A stretch of DNA of 64,000 bases from positions 2,848,001-2,912,000 of the forward strand of contig OY760686.1 of assembly GCA_963663865.1 (NCBI GenBank), in the 5' to 3' direction. The number at the start of each line of letters is the position of its first letter. Position 1 is the first letter of the stretch. The position numbers and the translations under genes are program-made. The notes under the pieces were generated by a model. That model had not been told where the DNA came from and ran no database searches. It was given only the letters and a program-made list of their open reading frames with translations. The DNA is from Spirochaetota bacterium. Its GTDB lineage: Bacteria > Spirochaetota > UBA4802 > UBA5550. This document shows, piece after piece, positions 20,600 to 28,748 of this stretch.

Positions 20600-22160
20600 A
20601 GCCCAATTCCTCGAAAACTTTTAGTAGTGCCTTCTTTGAGTCATCTTCCTCTTTGAGCAAGCTGGTAAAATCATTCTGTAACAGCTTCATCTTGTCATCA
20701 AAATCGATATTTTCATCCCTGTTTATGAATTCTATATACTTGCTGGGAACAAGCGAGAAATCTTTAGCCTTGATTTCATCAACTGTAGCACTATAGCAGT
20801 ACTCTGGTGTATTTTGGTAAGTCTTTTCATAATCAGTTTGTTGCCAGTTATGGTAAGTCGTTGCAATCGTTGCAATATCTTCTTCCGTTAGTTCTGTATA
20901 TTTTTTTTCGAAAGGCGAGCCCATTGTCCTCAAGTCAAAAAAAAGGATTTCACGTTCTCTGTTACGATACTTTTTTACAGTTCCATTATGCTCAACAGTT
21001 CTTGCTTTCTTGTTCTTATTTAGAATCCAAACAGTAACGCTAATATTTGTGGTATAGAACATATTCATGGGCAAAATCAAAATCGCTTCAACCAAATTAT
21101 TCTCAATCATCTGCCGTCTGATTTTGTATTCATCCCCTCCGCCGGAAAGCGCTCCATTGGCCAGGATAAATCCGGCAACACCGTTTTCAGACAGCTTTGA
21201 CACCATGTGCAGAATCCAGGCATAGTTGGCATTGCCTGTGGGTGGTATTTCATAACCATTCCAGCGGGAGTCATCAACTAATTCATTATCCGCCCGCCAC
21301 TGTTTCTGGTTAAACGGGGGATTGGCCATGATATAATCGGCTTTCAAGTCTTTGTGTTGGTCGCGGAAGAACGTGTTTTCGGCAACATCACCAAGGTTTC
21401 CGGAAATTCCCCTGATAGCCAGGTTCATCTTTGCCAGTTTGTAGGTTGTTGAAGTGTATTCCTGACCATAAATGGAAAGATTTTTCTTGTTCCCGTGATG
21501 GCTTTCTATAAATTTCACGGATTGCACAAACATACCGCCCGAACCGCAGCAGGGGTCATAGATTGTACCGCCGTAAGGTTCAATCATTTCTGCCAGCAGA
21601 TTAACAATGCACTTGGGTGTGTAGAATTCACCTTTTCCTTTTCCTTCAGCCAATGCGAATTTGCTCAGGAAATATTCATATACACGACCGACAATATCCT
21701 GTTCTTTGTCTTGAAGTGTATCGATGTTATTTATCGTATCAAGAAGTGAGGCCAGTTTGGCCACATCAAGGTCAAGCCGGGAATAGTAGTTGTCAGGCAA
21801 AGCGCCTTTTAATGAAGGGTTATTCTTTTCCACCGTTGCCAGTGCGGTATCAATCTTTAGAGCAATATCATTCTGCTTTGCGTTCTTCTTTAAATAATTC
21901 CAGCGGGATTCTTCGGGAAGATAAAACACATTTTTCATGGTGTAGAATTCCACCATGTCGATATATTTCTCTTTGCCTTCGACGATGAGCTCCCGTTTTC
22001 TTTCTTCAAACTTGTCGCTGGCAAATTTCAGGAATATCAAACCAAGAACAACATGCTTGTATTCGGATGATTCCACTTTTCCGCGTAGCTTGTTTGCCGA
22101 CTCCCAGAGGGATTCCTCGATTGATTTTTGATTTTTCGATGCTGTTTTTGTCTTTGCCAT
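20583..22160 (-). CDS. hsdM: Type I R-M N6-adenine methyltransferase
   Basis: LWESANKLRG, GEFYTP, YDPCCGSGGMF, ANPPFN. Confidence 0.97.
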   Translation of the reverse strand: MAKTKTASKNQKSIEESLWESANKLRGKVESSEYKHVVLGLIFLKFASDKFEERKRELIVEGKEKYIDMVEFYTMKNVFYLPEESRWNYLKKNAKQNDIALKIDTALATVEKNNPSLKGALPDNYYSRLDLDVAKLASLLDTINNIDTLQDKEQDIVGRVYEYFLSKFALAEGKGKGEFYTPKCIVNLLAEMIEPYGGTIYDPCCGSGGMFVQSVKFIESHHGNKKNLSIYGQEYTSTTYKLAKMNLAIRGISGNLGDVAENTFFRDQHKDLKADYIMANPPFNQKQWRADNELVDDSRWNGYEIPPTGNANYAWILHMVSKLSENGVAGFILANGALSGGGDEYKIRRQMIENNLVEAILILPMNMFYTTNISVTVWILNKNKKARTVEHNGTVKKYRNREREILFFDLRTMGSPFEKKYTELTEEDIATIATTYHNWQQTDYEKTYQNTPEYCYSATVDEIKAKDFSLVPSKYIEFINRDENIDFDDKMKLLQNDFTSLLKEEDDSKKALLKVFEELGYAIKL

Positions 22161-23098
22161 TAAAATTCCTTCTTATGCTTCCTTATTCAGCCCGCCATGG
22201 ACTTGCTGCGATTCGATGAGCAGCAATGGCGGGCTTGGAGCGGAGTTAAGAAATGTATATATCATCAATTCATTTTCCTCTTCACTGTGTTGGCGCTCTG
22301 ACTTTCGTATAACTATCATTGTCTCCACAAAAACTTCATTTAATATTTTTGGAGGTAACACATATAAAAATCAAACTATATTCATTAATATTCTGAAAAA
22401 AGTAAAACAAACTGCATAAAAATTTTGTTTAATTGTTAGTAGTATAAATTGCCTTTCGAACAACTGCCGGATAAGCTAAAATTTTCATTGAAGTTTTCGC
22501 AGTTGCCTCGCCATGACTTTGTCATTGGGTACTATCATCTCTTTAGCAAGTCATTGCATTGCGTGGAAAACCTGGCAGTATAAGTTGTTATAGTGCCCCT
22601 GAATACATAAGTGATAAAATTATAAAAATCGGCTTTGTATAAAGATATTGAACTGCGATACATGCAGCCACCTGTAAGAATAGAAACTCCACCGCACAAC
22701 ATACCCCACTCCTCCCAAAAAACCTATCCCTTCAGTGCCTACGTTGTACTTTTCACGGGCTGTTTTAGCGCGAAGAGCCCATTTCCGGGCGTTTTTGCCC
22801 CCTCACGGACTGTTTTTCCTTCGTTATATGTTCGTTCTTTTACTTTTTTTAATCTGATGCAATTTCTTTTAATTTTCCCCCGATGCCGTACGTTTTACTA
22901 AAATACCCGATACCGAAACAGAAGATGGAAAAGAACCATTTTCACGGATGCAAATCGCCCGGGCGCCTTTTCGTCATAGTACTCTTAGAACTTTTCTTTT
23001 TGCAAGAAAAGGAGTCAAAAGAAATCTGCCGCCAATGTTCCGGCATTCGGCTTCCCGACTCATCTTGTCATCCGCGGGGCGCTGCGTGTCACGGTGAG

Positions 23099-23127
23099 GT
23101 AGAGCCGCCCAAATTGGGCGGCTCTAC
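23099..23127. repeat. GTAG-type REP-like palindrome, family 1, copy 3
   Basis: GTAGAGCCGCCCAAATTGGGCGGCTCTAC, followed by the same AGGGTGCCGGAACC tail as copy 1. Confidence 0.85.
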
Positions 23128-23242
23128 AGGGTGCCGGAACCTATTGGCGATTAAATCAATATGATAACGTAATATTATAAAGAAGTCAAAGTGCCATCGG
23201 CTGCCAGGAACACAATGGCGGAATTAAGAGACTGCAAGCCCC

Positions 23243-23791
23243 CTGCTTCAACACCTCAACCAGTGCGATTTTCACGGATGAAAATCGCCTGGGCGCCGTT
23301 TCATCAGGATGATGATAACGGCGTTGCAATGGTCAATTAACTGCAAAGGCCAAGCCCTTCCGGCGCCTGAGGAACGGCTTTTTCCCGCCGCTTTTTGGCC
23401 GGTCAAAAAGCGGCAAAAGAAGTACCACGCTCTCAGCGTGAAAATGGATGCAGGCACCCTGCCCAAAATGCGCGTCGCGCAGCTGAACGAGTTAAAACCT
23501 GCGGCAACACACCTTTTTGGATCGAAAAAAGAAAGTAACAAAAAAGGGCCTCACACTCCCAGTGTGGAAAGGAACGGCAAGCTCCCTGCTTCAACACCTC
23601 AACCAGTGCGATTTGCATGGATGCAAATCGCCCGGGCGCTGTTTCATCAGGATGATGATAACGGCGTTGCAATGGTCAATTAACTGCAAATGCCAAGCCA
23701 TTCCGGCGATTGAGGAACGCCTTTTTTTGGCCACTTTTTTGTGGCGCGACAAAAAAGTGGCGGAAAATTGCCTGTGCGCTCCGCACAAAAA
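23243..23791 (+). repeat. Composite palindrome-rich repeat, two tandem right-hand copies (23243-23483 and 23586-23791)
   Basis: Direct repeats of 9517-9795; a further fragment lies at about 22938-22967. Confidence 0.92.
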
Positions 23792-23797
23792 ACAGCA

Positions 23798-23890
23798 GTA
23801 GGGGACCGGTCGAGACCGTCCCGATTAAACGCAGTACCACGCTCTCAGCGTGAAAATAGATGATGGTAGGGGACGGTCGAGACCGTCCCG
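23798..23890 (+). repeat. GTAG-type REP-like palindromes, family 2 (two copies)
   Basis: GTAGGGGAC(C)GGTCGAGACCGTCCCG at 23798-23823 and 23866-23890. Confidence 0.8.
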
Positions 23891-23909
23891 AAAAACCAAA
23901 GTGCCACTC

Positions 23910-24965
23910 TCACTTCTTTCCCCGCTCATTACGCCGGCGCTGAGTCGTCTTCTTTGCCTTTTTTGCAACCGCCCTCATATCCACCGCGGGATCATACTCA
24001 TCAACAATTTCGATACCGAGAAGAGTCTCCACAGCGTCCTCAATAGTAACAATGCCCGAGTAGTCTCCGTACTCGTTGAGGACAAAGCCCATCTGAGCCC
24101 CGTTTTTTGAGAACCACCCGATGAGTTTAAGCACGGACATTGTTTCGGGAAGATACAGCGGCTCTGTACTCACTGAGCGCAGCTTAACCTCATTCCTGGA
24201 GGACCCGATAAGCTCAATAAGCTCACGTCGCAGGACAAGCCCCTTAATCTCATTAGTATGCCTGTCGTAAAGAGGAATCCGAGAAAAGCGGAGCGTTTCG
24301 GCGGACGACCTTATGTCTTTAATGGATAAATCAGGGTCAAGTGTTTCTACAACCATTCGGGGAGTCATTATCTCGCGCACCCTTATTCGTCTCAGGCTGA
24401 GAAGGTTTTCAATTATATGGAACTCGGCCTTCTCGACCGCACCCTGCCTGTATCCAATTTTAATATAGTTATAAATCTCAGCCTTTGTTACCTCCTCGCT
24501 TCTGTGGCTTCCTGAAAAAAAACGCGAGACCCAGTTCATAGGAACCACAACCGGCTTAAGAATAAGGACAAGAAAGCGCAGAACGTAGGCGCACATCGGA
24601 CTGAGCGATTTCCAGTATCTGGCCCCTATTGTCTTGGGGATAATCTCTGAGAGCAGCAGAATGAGAAATGTGAGAACTGCCGAGAAGGCGCCCATCCATC
24701 TGGACCCGAACATCTCCACAGCCATCGCTCCTGAAACCGCCGCCCCGATAGTATGCGCGATCGTGTTTAAAGTCAGAATTGCCGCGATGGGCTCGTCTAT
24801 GTTTTCCTTCATCGCTTTCAGCATTGCACCGGCTTTTTTCCCTTTATCCACAAGGGTCTGAATAAAAGGCCTGCTCATGGACAGGAGCACGGCCTCGAGC
24901 ATGGAACAGGTAAACGAAAAGAATAAAAGAATGGCAACTACAGTTATAAGTTCAGTCATAATCAA
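23910..24965 (-). CDS. CNNM (DUF21)-CBS domain membrane protein, CorB/HlyC family
   Basis: CSMLEAVLLS, ILTLNTIAHTIGA, SEIIPKTIG, VREIMTPR, FSRIPLY, EYGDYSGIVTIED, EIVDEYD. Confidence 0.92.
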   Translation of the reverse strand: MIMTELITVVAILLFFSFTCSMLEAVLLSMSRPFIQTLVDKGKKAGAMLKAMKENIDEPIAAILTLNTIAHTIGAAVSGAMAVEMFGSRWMGAFSAVLTFLILLLSEIIPKTIGARYWKSLSPMCAYVLRFLVLILKPVVVPMNWVSRFFSGSHRSEEVTKAEIYNYIKIGYRQGAVEKAEFHIIENLLSLRRIRVREIMTPRMVVETLDPDLSIKDIRSSAETLRFSRIPLYDRHTNEIKGLVLRRELIELIGSSRNEVKLRSVSTEPLYLPETMSVLKLIGWFSKNGAQMGFVLNEYGDYSGIVTIEDAVETLLGIEIVDEYDPAVDMRAVAKKAKKTTQRRRNERGKK

Positions 24966-25177
24966 ATCCCGGCGCTAACCGGCAGAGTACCTCCATGGAA
25001 GTGTCTAAGCTCATAGCAGCATAGACTGCCTCAGCTTGAGAGCATTACAATAAACCCTCGTTTTATTAAAGCAATATATTGACGGAAACATATTAATTTA
25101 TTCAGTAATTTTTGCAAATAAATGATTTTTACTCAGAAATAACCTTGCCATATTTACATGGCAAATAAATTAAAATA

Positions 25178-25981
25178 ATGCAAAATAAAAACCCTTTTAC
25201 ATCAAGGACTGCTCTGGTCCTCGGAGAAGATGCGCTTAAGCGTATTAGAAAAACCAGAGCCATAGTTGTTGGCGCCGGAGGCGTCGGCAGCTGGTGCGCG
25301 GAAGCCCTCGTAAGAACCGGACTTGAATACATCACCGTGTCTGACGCAGACGTAGTCTGCCCGACCAATATCAACCGGCAGTCTCAGGCATTCACGTCAA
25401 CAACCGGCCTCATGAAAGTTGAAGCAATTGCATCTCGTCTTGCCGATATCAACCCCCATGCTGAGATTAAAACTCACAGCCTGAGGTTCAGCCATGAAAC
25501 GCTTCAGGAATACTCTCTCTCAAGCTACGACTACGTAATAGATGCCATTGACAGCGTCGCTGATAAGATTCTCCTTATCGAAGAATGCCTGGCTGCCGGC
25601 ATACCAATAATTTCGTCGATGGGAGCCGCCGGGAAAAGTGACCCGGGACAAATAGCAGTATCAGATATTTCCAAAACTCACAGCTGCCCTCTGGCAAGGC
25701 TTGTCAGACAAAGACTCAGAAAGGACGGCATGGCAGGGAAACTGCCCTGCGTGTGGAGCAGCGAGGCTCCAGTCAGGCCGGCAACTTCTGCAGCAGGGAC
25801 GGAAGCTGACACATCTGTGAGGACGGCGGCTGAAGCAGAAGGCGCATCCCCGGAGGATATGAGCAGAAACAAGAGGCAGATAAACGGCGCCCTCGTCTTT
25901 GTCACGTCGGTCTTCGGCATGATGATGGCCGGCGCGGTGATACGGGACGCCGCGGGAATCAAAAAGCTATCAGATTACTGA
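25178..25981 (+). CDS. tcdA: ThiF-family protein, probable tRNA threonylcarbamoyladenosine dehydratase
   Basis: VGAGGVGSWCAEALVRTG, TNINRQ, YVIDAID, ISSMGAAGKSDP, DISKTHSCPLARLVR. Confidence 0.85.
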   Translation: MQNKNPFTSRTALVLGEDALKRIRKTRAIVVGAGGVGSWCAEALVRTGLEYITVSDADVVCPTNINRQSQAFTSTTGLMKVEAIASRLADINPHAEIKTHSLRFSHETLQEYSLSSYDYVIDAIDSVADKILLIEECLAAGIPIISSMGAAGKSDPGQIAVSDISKTHSCPLARLVRQRLRKDGMAGKLPCVWSSEAPVRPATSAAGTEADTSVRTAAEAEGASPEDMSRNKRQINGALVFVTSVFGMMMAGAVIRDAAGIKKLSDY

Positions 25982-25984
25982 CGC

Positions 25985-26506
25985 TTACATCTGCTCGTTA
26001 ACATTAACAGTCACCTGTGTCCCGTCAGGCATATTGACATGCATCAGCTCGGGCTTCATAGAGTCTATTCTGCTCAACTCGATACGCTCTCCGTTTCCTT
26101 CTACAAACCACGTGAGGCTCTCCTCGTCGAAAACAAGCGATGTCTGAACACCGGCCTTCACACCTTCAATGCCTTTCACATCGAACCTGTTTCTGGTAGC
26201 GGTAATTTCATAAGTAGTTCCTTCATTGTTAACGATCTGAACTTCTTTTTCTCCCTCCGCCATAGCGAGAGGATTGGAACCGGTCCAGAACTGAACTGTG
26301 TTGAGCACAAAGAAATCAACTAAAAGACAAATGCCATATACAGGTATTATCCAGAGAATCACATGAACAACTGAGTTGACCCACTTGTTCCCGAGTGTGC
26401 CGTTCCATGTGTTCAGCTTTCTGAAAAGCGCGTAGTTTCCATGGCAACCAAATGAGAAGAAACACATTACAGACAGAAGAAGCGCGGCGGTAATCTTTTT
26501 GTACAT
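25985..26506 (-). CDS. DUF3332-like lipoprotein
   Basis: Lipobox-like SFGC, then HGNYALFRKL..WN..NKWVN..IIPVYG..DFFVLNTVQFWTGSNPLA, recognised as the DUF3332 pattern. Confidence 0.75.
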   Translation of the reverse strand: MYKKITAALLLSVMCFFSFGCHGNYALFRKLNTWNGTLGNKWVNSVVHVILWIIPVYGICLLVDFFVLNTVQFWTGSNPLAMAEGEKEVQIVNNEGTTYEITATRNRFDVKGIEGVKAGVQTSLVFDEESLTWFVEGNGERIELSRIDSMKPELMHVNMPDGTQVTVNVNEQM

Positions 26507-26662
26507 GATAACGAACCTCCAATATTTGTATTACTCCGGTACCTATCCCCCGCATTCATAGTGCCCGGATTCCGTCCACCGACAGGCTCCACACTGGAAC
26601 ATGCTAAACTGGACTGAACTTCGGGCAGAGCATAAGGGGGAAACCGACAAGAATTATCCTCA

Positions 26663-26692
26663 ATTATACAGCAGCACTTGCAGCTCTGTCAA
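26663..26692 (-). promoter_or_regulatory. Consensus sigma70 promoter upstream of the DUF3332 gene leader
   Basis: Minus strand TTGACA-18 nt-TATAAT. Confidence 0.7.
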
Positions 26693-26820
26693 CAGATTAT
26701 ATTACAGGCTCAATGATAAATATTTACGTTTCTGAATATTGTTCCTTCGTGCACATTCAAATTCAGCTTGACCGCCTCTGATTGCAGGAGTAGCCTCGCT
26801 GCATACCAGGGGAGCACCGT

Positions 26821-27720
26821 ATGGAAACCATGAACACTACGCGCCGAACCGCTGTATTCGGAAGACCGAATCTCTCAGAGGGCGCACTTGAATTCTACAA
26901 AAGACTTAACGCCTGCCCGTCAGTCTTCTGCCGAGGCCTTCCGGGCTCAGTCCGTGACAGGGCATATCTCTTTCTGACATCTTACTTTGGGGCAGGCCTC
27001 ATCGACCCGGATTTTTTTAAGGCCTACTTTCCGCCCTCATGGACCTTTGTCTATCACCTCATAGACAAAAGCCCTGACCCGTCCGCCCCCAATCTTCTGC
27101 AGAATGTCCTGCGTGCTCACGCGGCCGCGCTGCTTCTGCACTCCATCGACGACCATCTTGCCGACGGCGATCTTGATCCGGGTCACATTGAGGTTCTCGT
27201 CCGAAGCGAGATTTGGCGCAATATGATTGAGTCTCTCTCAATTCTGGGGGGGGATATCGGCACACCGGCCCGCGATGCTGTTTCAGAGAACCTGTCCCTC
27301 TACTACTACTCAATCACCCGCGATGATGAGCCGCGAAACCTCGAGCATTACTTAGACAACTTCCGCGGAGAGATGGCGACCTGGACAACCGTACCCGAAC
27401 TGATATCCATTACCTACAGAGACAACGGCGTAAGGAGCGGCATAAGGGCCGCCTACGAATCCTTCGGAATCGCGTGGAGGCTTCTTGACGACATCAACGA
27501 CGCAGATGAAGACATCGCCTCTTCAAAAACAACATCCGTGACTCTGGCCCCGGGGACGGCAGCGGCAGCACAGGATGGGCAAACCGGGCTCAGAGAGGCC
27601 GATATCCTGCTCATAAAAAGAATAGCGGCGGAACTAAAATACGCTGAGGAGATAACCGAAGCCCTGGGCTTTCATGAGCTTTCAATGGAGCTCAATAATA
27701 TGAGGATGGGACTCAAATGA
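26821..27720 (+). CDS. Class I isoprenoid synthase-fold protein (ComQ-like prenyltransferase candidate)
   Basis: Two Asp-rich motifs: LLLHSIDDHLADGD and FGIAWRLLDDINDADED. Helical character, 299 aa. Confidence 0.7.
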   Translation: METMNTTRRTAVFGRPNLSEGALEFYKRLNACPSVFCRGLPGSVRDRAYLFLTSYFGAGLIDPDFFKAYFPPSWTFVYHLIDKSPDPSAPNLLQNVLRAHAAALLLHSIDDHLADGDLDPGHIEVLVRSEIWRNMIESLSILGGDIGTPARDAVSENLSLYYYSITRDDEPRNLEHYLDNFRGEMATWTTVPELISITYRDNGVRSGIRAAYESFGIAWRLLDDINDADEDIASSKTTSVTLAPGTAAAAQDGQTGLREADILLIKRIAAELKYAEEITEALGFHELSMELNNMRMGLK

Positions 27721-28748
27721 ACGCGACAGGCGAGAATATAAGCCTCGAGCTTACCCGCCGCTGCAATTCGGCGTGCGCGCACTGCTTCGCCAGAGCCGGT
27801 ACCGGCGCTCCCGTCTCGCTTGATTATGAGCAGGCGGTTGAAATGGTTCTTGAGGCTGCATCCTGCGGATACAGCGGCCTTCATCTAACCGGAGGAGAGC
27901 CCCTCATGTGGCCGCGCCTGACAGAGTTAATCGAATTCGCACTGAAAACCGGATACGAAAACGTCTTCATAAACACAAACGGAACGCTCGTAGACCGGGA
28001 GTTCTGTAAAAGGATGGCGCCCTTTCGGGAGAGAGCGGCCTTCTCGGTCAGTCTTCAGGGCCCCGAAGACCTGCACGACTCTGTGAGAGGCAGGGGCTCA
28101 CACAGCGCGGCAAGCGGAGGCATTAAGCTTCTGCTTGAGTCGGGACTTCCTGCATACATCTTTTCCGCGGCAGGAAAGTCTCTGCTCCCTTCACTGGCTT
28201 CGTTCTGCTCCGCTGCCCTTCAAGCCTTCCATGAAATCAGCGGTATCGCTCTCATCCAGATGATCCGCATTCCCGGAACGGACATGAGCACCGAAGAGGA
28301 GATGCTCTCTGCCGAAGATATGCTGCAGGTGATCAGAACAGTATCGCTTCTCAACCTTGCCGGCGGCAGGGTTTACATTCTCGAAAACCCTGCCGCCGCT
28401 GCCGCGGCGAAAATGCTCAGGCTTCCATGCTTTCCGGCGACGCCTCATCCTGTTAGGCCGGGCCGTTTGACCGTGCTTGCCGACGGCCGCATTGTCACAT
28501 CGCACTCGTCAAGAAGCATTTTGGACCGATACAGCCCCGGGAAAATACGGAAGGTAATAGAGTCTGCGAAATATACAGAAGAGCTCGCTTCAGGAAACGA
28601 AATATGCGCGAACTGCCCCTTTCTGTCTCAGTGCTCGTTGTCCGGAGAAGCAAGGCCCTCTGACAGCTCAAGGTCCGCCGGGGGCAGCCCATTCTGTGTC
28701 GAGCTTATGCGGGCAGCTTCAGCCTGCCCGGTCAGCTCATCCTCCTGA
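27717..28748 (+). CDS. Radical SAM enzyme with SPASM-like C-terminal domain
   Basis: ELTRRCNSACAHC (CX3CX2C), LTGGEPL, INTNG, SLQGPEDLHDSVRG; C-terminal CANCPFLSQC..FC. ATGA overlap with the upstream gene. Confidence 0.92.
   Translation: MNATGENISLELTRRCNSACAHCFARAGTGAPVSLDYEQAVEMVLEAASCGYSGLHLTGGEPLMWPRLTELIEFALKTGYENVFINTNGTLVDREFCKRMAPFRERAAFSVSLQGPEDLHDSVRGRGSHSAASGGIKLLLESGLPAYIFSAAGKSLLPSLASFCSAALQAFHEISGIALIQMIRIPGTDMSTEEEMLSAEDMLQVIRTVSLLNLAGGRVYILENPAAAAAAKMLRLPCFPATPHPVRPGRLTVLADGRIVTSHSSRSILDRYSPGKIRKVIESAKYTEELASGNEICANCPFLSQCSLSGEARPSDSSRSAGGSPFCVELMRAASACPVSSSS

Noticed and set aside
22173-22901. Short ORFs upstream of hsdM (22173-22361, 22635-22901)
   Set aside because: AT-rich with no motif or clear RBS. 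They may be gene debris but I cannot assign them.
25178-25981. ThiF protein as a possible RiPP adenylase for the neighbouring peptide locus
   Set aside because: Its motifs match housekeeping TcdA (SSMGAAGKSDP, DISKTHSCPLAR), it has no RRE extension, and the DUF3332 gene separates it from the locus.
26580-26610. SRP (4.5S) RNA call for the rod-shaped element
   Set aside because: It lacks the GNRA tetraloop and the CAGG/AGCAG symmetric loop of helix 8; kept only as an unknown structured RNA.
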